A DNA stretch of 64,000 bases from an uncultured Elusimicrobia bacterium (GCA_964604825.1 CAZSAL010000009.1:2479-66478), one strand, 5' to 3'; positions 26,365 through 37,922 are shown, counted from the stretch's first letter. The notes: generated from the letters alone by a model not told the origin. Made by a program: numbers and translations.

Positions 26365-27062
26365 AACCCCTCATGGACGTGCGCAAGTCTGACAGGTAAA
26401 TCTTCCAGGCTGTGCAGAATAAGATCGACTTTTGAAGGATCAGGACAGGTTCGCACTTCCGGGCCGCGCAGCCAGCAGGTTTTCATGCCCAGGGCTTTTG
26501 CCGGCAGGATATCGCGTTCAAAAGAATCCCCCACGAATGCAATTTCCCGGGGTGAGGAAACGGCAAGTTCTTCCATTGCCTTCTGAAAAATCGCCGGATC
26601 AGGTTTTTTGAGTCCTATGACAGCGGAATCCAAAATTACTTTAAGAAAAGGCGTGTAGCCAAATTCCCTGCATAACACCGCTATATTCCCATAAAAATTT
26701 GAAATGATTCCCAGCTTGTATCCGGCAGCTGACAATTTCTCCAGAATTTTGCGGTTCCTGCGCAGTATTCGTTCCGCCGGGCGTGAAAATGCGGTTACGG
26801 CTTCATCCTTTTGCGCAGGATTATTTAATTTAAGTTTTTCAAACTGCCAGTGTACATGTCGCTCCATCATGTCGCGCAGGCCGGATTCACGGATGCCTGA
26901 GTCGACTTCAGCCTGAGCATCGGCATAGTAAAAAGCCTCTTTAAGCCTGGGTTGAGCGATATTAACGCCCAGATGTTGGTAGATGCTGTAGAACCGATCC
27001 AGCCAATGAAGGCCATCGGCATCAAGCGTTCCACCAAAATCAAATAGAATTGATGAAATCAT
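26361..27062 (-). CDS. HAD-superfamily hydrolase/phosphatase
   Basis: MISSILFDFGGTLD (HAD motif I variant), later SNF..., and the C-terminal GDSFERDILPAKALGM (motif IV). The internal Met at 27062 is preferred over the track start at 27200. Confidence 0.6.
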   Translation of the reverse strand: MISSILFDFGGTLDADGLHWLDRFYSIYQHLGVNIAQPRLKEAFYYADAQAEVDSGIRESGLRDMMERHVHWQFEKLKLNNPAQKDEAVTAFSRPAERILRRNRKILEKLSAAGYKLGIISNFYGNIAVLCREFGYTPFLKVILDSAVIGLKKPDPAIFQKAMEELAVSSPREIAFVGDSFERDILPAKALGMKTCWLRGPEVRTCPDPSKVDLILHSLEDLPVRLAHVHEGL

Positions 27063-27142
27063 AATTCGAGTTGATTTTTCAATTATTTTTAATGGGTACG
27101 GAGTTAGATTGGCACAAAAATTGTAGATTTTTCCGCATATTG

Positions 27143-27171
27143 TTGTCAAGGCACAGATGAAATGATAAAAT
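27143..27171 (+). promoter_or_regulatory. Promoter candidate for the MBL-hydrolase/hemL operon
   Basis: TTGTCA-17 nt-TAAAAT in the 100-bp AT-rich divergent spacer between the HAD operon and the MBL gene. Confidence 0.4.
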
Positions 27172-27191
27172 TCCGCAAACAAAGAGGTTTT

Positions 27192-28049
27192 ATGCGTCAT
27201 TTCAATTCGATTTGTCCCCTAGGCGGCGCAGTTTTTTCTTTCCTTTCGTTAATATGCGGATTAGCATTTCCGCTGTGTCTCCATGCAGATGTTTTTCAAA
27301 CAAATACCGGTCAGGAAGGCGCACCTCCTATAACCCAGCCTATACAGCCTCTTAAGGATTCGGGATTCTCGCCTGATGTTCACATCACCTGGTTAGGTCA
27401 ATCCTGCTTTGCATTTCACAGCTTTAAAGGGAACAGCCTTCTGACGGATCCCTATAATCCTGATATCGGTTACCCTCCCCCGGTAATTGATACAAGAGTA
27501 GTAACAATAAGTAACGAACATCCAGACCATAATTATTTGCCGGCTGTTTCCGGTGCGCCCATTGTGATTCGTTCAGTAGGTGAAACCGCAACCGGCGGGT
27601 TGATTTTTCAGGGCATCCGTTCATGGCATGACAATGTTAAGGGGAAAAAGCTCGGCCCTAACCGGATTTTCAAATGGAACATGGGAGGACTCCGGTTTGT
27701 GCACCTGGGCGATCTTGGCCAGCATCGGTTGACGGCGGCCCAGTTAAAAGCGATAGGGATGGTGGATGTTCTGCTTATTCCCGTTGGGGGCGTAGCTACG
27801 ATCAATGGCACCCAGGCGTTGGAGATTGTAAAACAGCTTCAGCCCAAAATGGTCATACCCATGCATTACAAGACGGATGCGCTGAAAATCAAGCTCGATA
27901 CCATAGACAATTTTCTAAAAGGCCCTTATACGGTGGTGAATACCGGCAAATCCGATTTGCTCTTGAACAGTTCAAGCCTGCCGGCGAAACCAACGATTTT
28001 TGTCATGGATTATGTCCACAAAAACCCAACAGCAGGGGGAACTCATTGA
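27192..28049 (+). CDS. MBL-fold metallo-hydrolase (secreted)
   Basis: Signal peptide MRHFNSICPLGGAVFSFLSLICGLAFPLCLHA, ITWLGQSCF...TDPY, HPDHN. RBS AGAGG lies 7 nt upstream of ATG 27192. Promoter candidate TTGTCA-17-TAAAAT at 27143-27171. Confidence 0.6.
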   Translation: MRHFNSICPLGGAVFSFLSLICGLAFPLCLHADVFQTNTGQEGAPPITQPIQPLKDSGFSPDVHITWLGQSCFAFHSFKGNSLLTDPYNPDIGYPPPVIDTRVVTISNEHPDHNYLPAVSGAPIVIRSVGETATGGLIFQGIRSWHDNVKGKKLGPNRIFKWNMGGLRFVHLGDLGQHRLTAAQLKAIGMVDVLLIPVGGVATINGTQALEIVKQLQPKMVIPMHYKTDALKIKLDTIDNFLKGPYTVVNTGKSDLLLNSSSLPAKPTIFVMDYVHKNPTAGGTH

Positions 28050-29338
28050 AAGCACATAAATCAGAAGCGCTTTTTAAAAAGTCGCAGGAAGTGCTGGTGG
28101 GCGGGGTTAACTCTCCGGTAAGGTCTTTCAAGGCCGTAGGCGGGACGCCACGGTTTATTATCCGGGGCAAAGGGCCGTTTATCTGGGATGCCGACGGTAA
28201 ACGCTATGTGGATTTTTGTTCTTCATGGGGGGCAGGCATCCTCGGGCACGCCGCTCCGGCCGTAGTATCTGCGGTAACCCGCGCCGCGCGGCTGGGGCTC
28301 AGTTTCGGCGCGCCTACGGAACGTGAACTGGAACTGGCCGAGATCATCTCAAAAGCGCTGCCTTCGATGCAGCGGATGCGCTTTGTTTCCTCGGGCACGG
28401 AAGCGGTCATGTCGGCGGTGCGCCTGGCTCGCGCCGCCACGCAGCGTGAAATCCTGGTGAAATTTTCCGGCGGATATCATGGACATGCCGACTCGGTGCT
28501 GATCAAGGCCGGCTCGGGCACGCTGAGCCTTGCCGCTCCGGATTCCGCAGGAGTGCCTTCCGTTCTTGCGCAGCGCACGCGTGTTCTGCCGTATAACGAT
28601 CTGGACGCGCTGAAGGATCTTTTCCGCCGCGAGGGACAATCGATAGCAGCAGTCATTGTGGAGCCTGTGGCTGCGAATATGGGTGTAGTGCTGCCCCGCC
28701 AGGGGTTTCTCGAAGAGATAAGGACTCTGACTGCACAGCACAGCGCGGTTCTGATTTTTGACGAGGTGATCACGGGATTCCGGGTTGCTTATGGTGGCGC
28801 GCAGGCCCTTTATTCGGTAGCGCCCGATCTGACATGCCTGGGCAAAGTTGTGGGCGGGGGTTTGCCTCTGGCGGTTTACGGCGGCAGGCGCGATCTGATG
28901 GAATGGGTAGCGCCGCTGGGTCCGGTGTACCAGGCGGGAACCCTGGCCGGAAATCCGCTTGCCGTGTCCGCAGGGATCGCTACGCTTAAGCAGCTTAAGG
29001 AAAAATCTCCCTACAAGATTCTCGAAAAGCTGGCCGCCGATTTCGTGGCTGACATCGAAGATGTGGCGCGGCAGGTTGGATGTAACATGCGCATAAACCG
29101 TGCGGGCTCGATGTGGACGCCATTTTTTACCAACGCCCCGGTAGTAGACCTGACAAGCGTCCAAAGGTCCAACGGCCCCTTATATGCATCCTTTTTCCAG
29201 CAGATGTTGCTTCGAGGCGTTTATTTGCCGCCGTCGCCTTATGAGGCCTCCTTCATTTCCACGGCGCACACAAAGGGACTGCTCAATAGAACCGTTGAGA
29301 TCATTGAGAAAGTACTGAAAACGATTCCTGTCTCCTGA
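28048..29338 (+). CDS. hemL: Glutamate-1-semialdehyde 2,1-aminomutase
   Basis: SEALFKKSQEVLVGGVNSPVRSF, GHAAPAVVSAV, and the conserved Lys region. A likely TTG start near 28048 gives the typical N-terminus. Confidence 0.85.
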
Positions 29339-29340
29339 AC

Positions 29341-30567
29341 ATGGTATCCATAGCCCCATTTAAAGCCATCCGCTACAACAGCAAAAAGTTTTCCAATCTG
29401 TCTCCGCTGGTTTGCCCTCCGTATGACGTGATTTCCGTTCCAGAGTATCGTCAGCTGCTGGAAAGCCATCCGGCAAATATCGTCCGCGTGGAACTGCCGC
29501 TTGCGCAAGGACGGGAAGACAAGTACGCAGTATCGGCGGGTTATTGGCGGAAATGGCTGAACCGGCGGATACTTGTTGAGGACAAGACGCCGGCATACTA
29601 CGGCTATGAGCAGCGCTTCTCCACAGGGGGGCAGATCCATGTCCGGCGAGGTTTTTTTGCCGCAATGAAACTGGAAAAACCCGGGAAAGGTCACGTCCGG
29701 CCGCACGAGCGCACCTTCCCCAAACACAAGGAAGACCGCCTGTATTTAATGCGCGCCACCCATGCCAACATCAGCCCCATTTTCGGGATTTTCTTTGACC
29801 GGCAGGGCCAGGCGCAGGAGCTTATCAGCCGCCGGATGGAGGCAAAACCGCTGGTCATCAGCCGCGATGACAAAGGCGTAACCCACCGGCTCTGGCGGTG
29901 GGAAGATCGAGAGGCGATAAAAATATTATCCGGCGTCTTGAAAGCGGAAGATGTTTTGATCGCCGACGGGCACCATCGATACGAGACCGCCTGGAATTAC
30001 GCTCAGGAGTGCGCATCAAGAAACAGATCAGCCTCGGCAGCGCGCGCCTGGAAATTCGTAATGCTTTTTCTCTGCCCGCTTTCAGATCCGGGCCTGGTCA
30101 TTCAGCCTACGCACCGCGCGGTAAGATGGAATGCGTCGTTTGAAGAATGGAAAAAGCGCATTGAAAGCTGCTGCACACTGCGCGTCGCGCCAAGGTTGGA
30201 CGGATTATATTCCCGGCTGCGGGATCCTAAAGAAAACGGATCAATGGCATTTGTCCTGGAGGGTGGGAAAATGTTCTGGCTGAAACCGAAGCCTGACGGG
30301 AATAACGGTATGCCGGTTGTTTATCTGCACGAGAAGATTCTAAGGGACATTCCCCAGGAGCGAATCAGCTTTGGCCAGGATGCCCGACAGATGGTGGAAA
30401 GCATTCAGCGGGGAGAGGCGAACGCCGTGTTCCTTCTGCCTCCGCCGGACAAGGATGCTTTCGCAAGAATCTGCAAGGCAGGCAGGCTTCTGCCGCAGAA
30501 ATCAACGTATTTCTATCCGAAACTCGGCACCGGATTTGTCATGCGTTCGCTCGACGGGGAGATCTGA
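29341..30567 (+). CDS. DUF1015 family protein
   Basis: N-terminus MVSIAPFKAIRYN and ADGHHRYETAW are typical of DUF1015. Starts 2 nt after the hemL stop; its stop overlaps the next start (TGATG). Confidence 0.7.
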   Translation: MVSIAPFKAIRYNSKKFSNLSPLVCPPYDVISVPEYRQLLESHPANIVRVELPLAQGREDKYAVSAGYWRKWLNRRILVEDKTPAYYGYEQRFSTGGQIHVRRGFFAAMKLEKPGKGHVRPHERTFPKHKEDRLYLMRATHANISPIFGIFFDRQGQAQELISRRMEAKPLVISRDDKGVTHRLWRWEDREAIKILSGVLKAEDVLIADGHHRYETAWNYAQECASRNRSASAARAWKFVMLFLCPLSDPGLVIQPTHRAVRWNASFEEWKKRIESCCTLRVAPRLDGLYSRLRDPKENGSMAFVLEGGKMFWLKPKPDGNNGMPVVYLHEKILRDIPQERISFGQDARQMVESIQRGEANAVFLLPPPDKDAFARICKAGRLLPQKSTYFYPKLGTGFVMRSLDGEI

Positions 30568-32123
30568 TGTATCCGTCGTTAAGCCAGTTCACCCGCTGGG
30601 CGTCTCGGTACAGGGCCGTTCCGCTGTGGGTAGAACCCCATCTGCCGGCGAATTCTCTTGTTGAATGGGTGCGCGAGCTCAATACCGGGAAATCCAATTT
30701 CTTTTTCCTGCACAGTTCCGGTTCTGGCACCCAGGCCCGATATTCTTATTTTGCCCTGGAGGAGCCGCATTTTATTGTCCGAGCCTCCGGGGGCACCCTT
30801 GTCATCGAACACCTTTCCGAAGCCGCAGGCACAGCGGTTTCGGCAAAAGTCGGCAACCCCTTTGACCGTTTTCATGAATGGTTGGGCCATTGCTCCGGTC
30901 CGCGCGTAGACGGCCTGCCTCCTTTTTGGGGAGGGGCGGTCGGCTATTTCGGACATGAAAGCGCACGCTATTTTGATCCCCGGCTGAAGCGCCTGTTCAG
31001 CCGCAGACAGCCTGCGGGCGCTTCCGACGATCCTGCAACATGGGATTACCCGGATTTCGAATTCGGCATATATGATCTGATCGGCGCGGTTGACCACGCG
31101 AGGCAGAAGCTATGGCTGATTCATACCGTTTTTCTCCCGGAGCGCAAACAACTTTCGCCGGCGCAGCTGGAAAGAATTTACCGGAATGCCCAAGACAGGC
31201 TTTTGCGTCAGGCCGTGCGGGTTCAGCGCGCAGTCCGTGAAGACCGTCCCTGGAAGGTCTTTACGGCGCCGATCCCGCGTTCAAATCGGTCGGAGCATGC
31301 TTACCAGTCGGCGGTCCGCCGAGCTAAAACGCATATGGCTGCGGGGGAAATTTACCAGATCAATTTGAGTCAGAGTTTTTCCGCAGACTGGAACGGCGAT
31401 CCCTGGTCGCTTTACAGACAGCTCTCTGCGGCAAATCCTTCGCCTTACGGGGCGCTCTGGCGTTCTGGAACGCGCTGGATCGCAAGCGCTTCGCCAGAGC
31501 TTCTTCTGCGCCAGGAAGATAACCGTCTGGAGGCCCGGCCCATGGCCGGTACCCATCCCCGCGGCTCTAATCCGGATTCTGCGCGGCGGATGTGCGCTGC
31601 TCTGCTGAACGACTGCAGAAAAAGGGCGGGGCACATCATGCTGGTAGATGCCGCGCGCGGCGATCTCAGCCGGGTTTGCGCGCCGTCAAGTTTGAATATT
31701 GCCGAATTGGCCGCGGTAGAGGCGCATTCCCGTGATTTCTATCTTGTTTCTGATATCCGGGGTACGCTGTTCCCGGGCAAAACCTGGAGAGACTCGGTGA
31801 AGGCCGTGTTTCCTGCAGGTACGGTCACAGGATGCCCCAAGATCCGGTCCATAGAAATTATCCGCAAACTGGAATCTCTACCGCGCGGCCCTTATGGCGG
31901 TTCGCTCGGATGGATAGGATTCAACGGTGATTTGACGCTGAACGTCCTGACCCGCACCTTTTTCATGGACAGGCAGCATCTGCGTTTTCCTGTCGGGGCG
32001 GGCATAGTGGCAGACTCAATTCTTAACCGGGAATATGAAGAGACCTGGCATAAGGCGGAAGCCATGATGGATGCGCTGGATAAACATGTGCCGCTTTATC
32101 TTTTTCCCATGGAGGATTTATGA
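30567..32123 (+). CDS. Chorismate-binding enzyme (anthranilate/aminodeoxychorismate synthase component I or isochorismate synthase family)
   Basis: C-terminal half has PRGPYGGSLGWIGFNGDL, GAGIVADS and IELIRK-like motifs of the TrpE/PabB/MenF fold. No glutamine amidotransferase partner is adjacent. Confidence 0.75.
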   Translation: MYPSLSQFTRWASRYRAVPLWVEPHLPANSLVEWVRELNTGKSNFFFLHSSGSGTQARYSYFALEEPHFIVRASGGTLVIEHLSEAAGTAVSAKVGNPFDRFHEWLGHCSGPRVDGLPPFWGGAVGYFGHESARYFDPRLKRLFSRRQPAGASDDPATWDYPDFEFGIYDLIGAVDHARQKLWLIHTVFLPERKQLSPAQLERIYRNAQDRLLRQAVRVQRAVREDRPWKVFTAPIPRSNRSEHAYQSAVRRAKTHMAAGEIYQINLSQSFSADWNGDPWSLYRQLSAANPSPYGALWRSGTRWIASASPELLLRQEDNRLEARPMAGTHPRGSNPDSARRMCAALLNDCRKRAGHIMLVDAARGDLSRVCAPSSLNIAELAAVEAHSRDFYLVSDIRGTLFPGKTWRDSVKAVFPAGTVTGCPKIRSIEIIRKLESLPRGPYGGSLGWIGFNGDLTLNVLTRTFFMDRQHLRFPVGAGIVADSILNREYEETWHKAEAMMDALDKHVPLYLFPMEDL

Positions 32124-33454
32124 GGAAGCAATCGTTGACCATAATTCTTTTTCTTTCCATCCTGGCCGGATACGGGATCTGCGCCGTGCCCGCCCAGACA
32201 CATTCGCAGGCCATCCCGGCTGGGCTGACCAGTCAGGAACTTCCGGTGTATAAGCTGGTTATGCAGCTCAACGAAGTCTCGGAAGTTCAGGTCAATGAGC
32301 GCACTGAGCCGGCCTATTCAATTCTGCGTGCGATCAATGATGCCGACGGCCCTGCGTATACCCAACTGCGCCGAATTATTGGCCGCTCTACCGTACGGGC
32401 GGCGCTGAACCCCACTGCGAAGGCGGTCTTCGCCGGATTATTATCGGACAAAAGCGATTCATTTTCCCTGGCGGGTAATCTCTGGCTCGCAGCCTTAAGA
32501 AGCGCAAACCCGGATTACAAGCTTAAAGCCCGGCAAAAACTGGTCGAATTTATCCAGCCTGCGCATATCCCCGTGCTTATCAGCATTCTGAAAATTCCCG
32601 GCCCCAACGTCCAGGCTTACGAAATTCTGCAGGAAGTTACAGGACAGTCCTTTGATCCCAGGGAAAAAACATGGAAGGATTGGTGGACGCGGAAGCACGG
32701 TAAAGTGGATCTCACGGGACATATGCTTAAGGTAGTCAGTACCCAGCTGTCTCAGACGGTTATACGTCCGGCAGATCTGGGAAGCTTCTGGTACGTTCCG
32801 GAACAAATCAAGAATGCGTCGCTGCCTTATGCCAAACGGTCCTCTTCCGAGCAGCTTGTTGTCACGCATTGGAATGAGTGGGCCGGTAATGACGTCCGAC
32901 GTTTTGTGGATGACTGGATGAGAGCCAAACCCCTTTTCGACAAAATCGTTCATCAGCCAGATCCCAGGGTAAACAATTACCTCCAGAACCTGATATCTGA
33001 TCCCAGCTTCAGCGATTATGCGAGCGTGATACTCGCCTGGCGCGGCAGTAAATCTTCGCTCAGCGCCATACAGCACGCATTTCCCCGGCATCCCACGCCT
33101 TCGCTGGCGCTTGCGCGCGGATCATTGGGAGATAGAGATGCCCTCAGGGATCTCATACAGATGACGCGGAATAACCCTAACCCTTCCTCTTTCGGCATAA
33201 TGGACCAAAACGCCCGCTCTTACGTCAGCTGGCTGCGGTTGATCGGAATTGTGCCTGCGGAGCAGGCGCTGGAACTGCTGACCCACCATAATTTCGGTTT
33301 TGAATCCGCTGCCACGCGCAGGGAGAAGAAGAAAGCGATCAAACAGGCTGAAAAATGGCTGAAGGATAACGAAGGGGAACTTCTTTTCAATTCCAAGGGC
33401 GGCTTTTTCTACCTTCCTGTAAAAAATAGCTATAATTCCCGTCATGGCGGCTGA
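32120..33454 (+). CDS. Hypothetical secreted protein
   Basis: Signal peptide [25 protein letters not shown]; no recognised domain. Start overlaps the previous stop (ATGA) and its end overlaps hisG. Confidence 0.45.
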   Translation: MRKQSLTIILFLSILAGYGICAVPAQTHSQAIPAGLTSQELPVYKLVMQLNEVSEVQVNERTEPAYSILRAINDADGPAYTQLRRIIGRSTVRAALNPTAKAVFAGLLSDKSDSFSLAGNLWLAALRSANPDYKLKARQKLVEFIQPAHIPVLISILKIPGPNVQAYEILQEVTGQSFDPREKTWKDWWTRKHGKVDLTGHMLKVVSTQLSQTVIRPADLGSFWYVPEQIKNASLPYAKRSSSEQLVVTHWNEWAGNDVRRFVDDWMRAKPLFDKIVHQPDPRVNNYLQNLISDPSFSDYASVILAWRGSKSSLSAIQHAFPRHPTPSLALARGSLGDRDALRDLIQMTRNNPNPSSFGIMDQNARSYVSWLRLIGIVPAEQALELLTHHNFGFESAATRREKKKAIKQAEKWLKDNEGELLFNSKGGFFYLPVKNSYNSRHGG

Positions 33455-34346
33455 CGAAAAAATTATTACATCGAACGGTAAACTCAGACTGGGCCTGCCC
33501 AAAGGCAGCCTCCAGGAATCGACCATCGAGATTTTCCGGCGTGCCGGCATCCGGATTTACGCCTCGGACCGCTCCTATTTTCCCACTTCGGATGATGATG
33601 AACTGGAAATCATGCTGGTCCGCTCCCAGGAAATGGCCCGTTATGTTGCAGACGGCGTATTCGACGCGGGGTTGACCGGCTATGACTGGATCATGGAGTC
33701 CGGCGCAAGGGTGCATCAGATTTGCGAGTTGCTTTACGCGAAAACCGGATTCCGCCCGGTCCGCTGGGTGCTTGCCGTTCCGAATGATTCGCCGATTCAA
33801 TCCGTAAAAGACCTGCAGGGCAAACGCATCGCCACCGAACTTGTAGGAGTGGTGAAGAAGTATCTGGCCAGGCACAAGGTCAACGCCGAAGTGGAATTTT
33901 CCTGGGGCGCGACCGAAGCCAAGGCGGGATTTCTTGTGGATGCCATTGTTGAGCTTACTGAGACTGGCAGTTCCCTGCGCGCCAACAAGCTGCGCATCGT
34001 CAAGGAACTGCTTACCTCAAGCACACGGTTTATTGCCAACAGGAAATCCTGGAAAGACCCCCGGAAGCGCGAGAAAATGGAAAATCTGGCCATGCTGCTT
34101 CAGGGCGCGCTCGCCGCAGAGGGCATGGTTGGCTTAAAGATGAACGTGAAGCAGAAAAATATCGACGGTTTGATGCAAATTTTACCCGCCATGAAAAACC
34201 CGACCATTTCCTCGCTAAGCGAAGAAGGCTGGTCAGCCCTGGAAGTGATCATCGAAGAAAAAACTGTCAAGAAACTCATCCCGCAGCTCAAGCGCGCCGG
34301 CGCCACGGGCATCATCGAATACCCCTTAAACAAAGTCATTCCGTAG
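33444..34346 (+). CDS. hisG: ATP phosphoribosyltransferase (long form)
   Basis: [14 protein letters not shown]-terminal signature, ~300 aa with a C-terminal regulatory domain. Confidence 0.85.
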   Translation: MAADEKIITSNGKLRLGLPKGSLQESTIEIFRRAGIRIYASDRSYFPTSDDDELEIMLVRSQEMARYVADGVFDAGLTGYDWIMESGARVHQICELLYAKTGFRPVRWVLAVPNDSPIQSVKDLQGKRIATELVGVVKKYLARHKVNAEVEFSWGATEAKAGFLVDAIVELTETGSSLRANKLRIVKELLTSSTRFIANRKSWKDPRKREKMENLAMLLQGALAAEGMVGLKMNVKQKNIDGLMQILPAMKNPTISSLSEEGWSALEVIIEEKTVKKLIPQLKRAGATGIIEYPLNKVIP

Positions 34347-34359
34347 ATCTGAAAATCTT

Positions 34360-37300
34360 TTATTGGACGTTAAAGTATTTAGCCTGAGGGTGGTGGACCA
34401 CAATCGCTGATGTGGATTGTTCTGGAACTAGCTGGTATTCTTCGGTAAGGCTGACGCCGATTCTGGAGGGATCAAGCAGTTCAAAAATCAGTTTTTGATC
34501 GGCAAGGTTCGGGCAGGCGGGATAGCCGAATGAGTAGCGGCTGCCGCGGTATTTCTGCTGAAACCATTCCCTGATTTGCGGAGCGTCTTCATTTTCAATA
34601 TGGAGTTCCTCCCGTATGCGCCGGTGCCAGTATTCCGCAAGCGCCTCGGCTGTTTCCACGCTCAGCCCGTGCAGATAAAGATAATCCCTGTAGGCGTTTT
34701 CCTTGAAGAGCTTGTGTGCTTCATCTGAGGCCTTGGTGCCGACTGTCACAAGGAATGTCCCAAAAATATCGATTTTTCCCGATGATTTTGAAAAATAAAA
34801 ATCGGAAATACATCTTCTGGGAGCCGAGGACTGCCTGGGGAATTTAAACCTCACCCATTCTGTCTTTTGATCTTCCTTGTAAACGATCAGGTCGTTTCCG
34901 TCAGATTGGCAGGGGAAATAGCCGTAAACCACCTGCGGCACGAGCAGCTGTTCCTTGAGGCAGTAATCTTTCCATTTCTGAAAAAGCGGCTGGACCGTTT
35001 CCTTCAGAGTCTTGTTGTATCTCTCCAGCGGTGTCTGGCCGCGAATGAATCCCCAGCGTACTTTAAGCAGAGCAGTCTCGTTAATGAAGGAAAATACATC
35101 TTTCAATGGAATCCCGCGCGCTACCCTGCTTCCCCAGAAAGGAGGTTTGGGGATGGAGATGTCGCGGCGGACAGTCTTCCCCTCACCCACGCCCTCTCCC
35201 GCCCCGCCACTACGGCTTAGTGGGTCTGCCAACGACTCAGTGGCGGAAAGGGGAAAAGGAGTTTTTGAAGTGTGACCGGAGCCACCCCGGACTTCGTAGA
35301 TCGTGGCCTTTTTCTCGATAGATGGATCAGTCAGTTCTTCCATTATGCGCAGGCCTTCGAACGCGTCATGGCCGTAAAATACGTAACCTTTGTATAAATC
35401 GCGCAGTTCCTGCTCGACAAAACGCCGGGTCAGCGCAGCTCCGCCTAGGAGAACCGGCGTTTTAACTCCGCGCCGGTTCATCTCTTCCAGATTTTCCTTC
35501 ATGACTGCGGTCGATTTCACAAGCAGGCCGGACATGCCGATGACGTCGGCTTTGTGCTCCTCGGCGGCCTTCAGGATATCTTCGATCGGCATCTTGATGC
35601 CAAGATTAATGACCTTGTAGCCGTTGTTCGTCATAATAATGTCCACAAGGTTTTTGCCGATATCATGCACATCGCCTTTGACTGTAGCCAGGACAATCCG
35701 TCCTCTGTGCCGACCTGCATCGGCTTTTGGCAGGAAAGGTTCGAGGCAGAGGACTGCGGCTTTCATGGTTTCCGCAGACTGCAGAACAAACGGCAGCTGC
35801 ATCTGACCGGAACCAAAGAGGTCTCCGACCACGCGCATGCCGTCAAGAAGGATGGTATTGATAATATCCAGAGGATCGTGCGTCTTAAGCGCCTCGGTAA
35901 GCAGAAGGTCGAGGCCCTGTTTGTTGCCGTCGACGATCCGGCTCTTGAGCCGCTCTTCTATAGTCTTCGGTTCTTCCTTTTTGGCGACGGTTATCTCTGA
36001 TGCTTCAGCATAGTGCGCCATGAGTTCAGTAAGCGGATCAAACGTTTTGGACGTCTTTCCGGCAGGTCGTAAGCCGGGATCCATGGATCCCCCGCTGACA
36101 CCCGCGGGGGATGACGAAAAAGTCCGCTCATCGAATATCAACTGCCGTGCCAGCTCCCGGCCCTTCTCATCGATCTTGTAGAGCGGCAAAATTTTCCGGG
36201 CATTGATGATGGCCGCGTCCAGTCCGGCTTCGATGGCGTAATGCATAAAAACGGAATTCAGCGCCTGCCGCACCTGCGGCGCCAGGCCGAAAGATATGTT
36301 TGATACGCCCAAAACCGTAGAAACGCCGGGCAGCTCTTTTTTGATCAGCCGGATCGCTTCGATTGTTTCCATGCCTGCTTTACGGAATTCCTCATCCCCT
36401 GATCCAAGAGTGAAGGTCAGAGCGTCAAAGAAGAGATCCTCCGGTCGGAGCCCGAATTTATTTACCGCCAGATCATGAATGCGCCTGGCAATGGCCAGCT
36501 TCCTGTCCCGCGTTTTGGCCATGCCTTTTTCATCAATGGTCAAAGCCACAAGCGCCGCCCCATAGGTTTTGGCCAGCGGGCAGATCCTGCGCATCCGTTC
36601 TTCGCCGTCTTCCAAATTAATGGAATTAATGACGCAACGGCCGCCCGCATGCTTCAGGGCGGCTTCGATCACCGGCGCCTCGGTGGAGTCGATCATGAAC
36701 GGCGTACGGACCTGAAGCACCATGCGGCTCATGCATGCGTTCATGTCCTGTGCTTCGTCGCGTCCGACATAGGCGGTGCAGAGATCAAGGATATGGGCGC
36801 CCTCATTGGATTCTTCTTTAGCCATGCCGGTGAGAGCGTCATAGTCATTTTTGGCCAGAAGGTCGCGGAATTTTTTCGAGCCATTTGCGTTAATCCGCTC
36901 GCCGATAATTAGAGGTTTTGGTTCCTGCCTGAAAGGGACCTGGATATAAAGACTGGAACAGGCGGGAATTTTTTCAACGGTGCGGGCAACAGGCGCCTGA
37001 TTCTCCAGGGTCTTCACTACAGCTGCCAGATGCGCGGGCGTTGTGCCGCAGCATCCACCGACGATATTGACTCCGAAGCGCGTCACGAAGTCTTTGAGGT
37101 GGCCTGCCAGCTGATCCGGAGTCAGTTTATAAACGGCCCTGCCTCCGACATTTTCCGGAAGGCCGGCGTTAGGCAGTACCGAAATATACCTGGGCCACTG
37201 CTGCGAAAGGGTGCGCACATGTTCGGACATCTCCTGCGGGCCTGTGGCGCAGTTCATGCCCAGGGAAAAAATCGGATACGGTTCCAGAGCTGTGATCACC

Positions 37301-37922
37301 GCCGCGATTTCCGTGCCCAACAGTAGCGTTCCCGTGGTTTCCACCGTGACCTGGACCATAACAGGGATGTCTTTTTTAGCGGCAGACAGGGCGTCGAGCG
37401 ATCCGGTAATTGCGGCTTTGATCTGAAGAAGGTCCTGGCAGGTTTCTATCAGCAGGAAGTCCGCGCCTCCTTCAATCAATCCCGCGGCCTGTTCAATGTA
37501 ATTGCGGCGCAGGATGTCGAAAGTCGTGTGGCCAAGAGACGGCAGTTTGGTTCCCGGCCCCATGGATCCCGCGACAAAACGCGGGTTGTCTTTGGTGGAA
37601 AATTGCCGCGCGACTTTGCGCGCCAGGCGCGCGGCTTTTACATTGAATTCATGGACGCGTTCTTCCAGCCCGTACTCGGCGAAAACGATCCGGTTGGCGC
37701 CAAAGGAGTTGGTTTCCACTGCCTGGCAGCCGGCCTGCAAAAAAGAGGCATGCAGATCCTCAATCCATTCCGGATGGGTTTCCAGAAGGATTTCCGTGCA
37801 GCCTTCCTTCCCGGCGTAATCGTCGATCGTGGGGTTGCGCAACTGGAGGTTTGTTCCCATGGCCCCATCAAAGACAAGGATGCGCTCATGCAGCAGGTTT
37901 TCAATTTCTACTCGACTCATAG
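34360..37922 (-). CDS. metH: Cobalamin-dependent methionine synthase
   Basis: Hcy-binding (ERILVFDGAMGT), pterin-binding, B12-binding (GDVHDIGKNLV) and AdoMet-activation domains in order; ~1186 aa. ATG at 37922 (MSRVEIEN...) is preferred. The track ATG at 37956 lies inside a GTCAT repeat. Confidence 0.9.

Noticed and set aside
35165-35195. G-rich 25-mer inside metH resembling the R2 G-tract
   Set aside because: It lies in-frame in the metH inter-domain linker and lacks the flanking hairpins. Possibly a relic, or a coincidence of Gly/Glu codons (GGN/GAG). Mentioned under the R1/R2 finding but not annotated as a repeat copy.
35554-36912. Plus-strand ORFs 35554..36000 and 36475..36912 inside metH
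   Set aside because: Antisense to a high-confidence 1.19-kaa metH.
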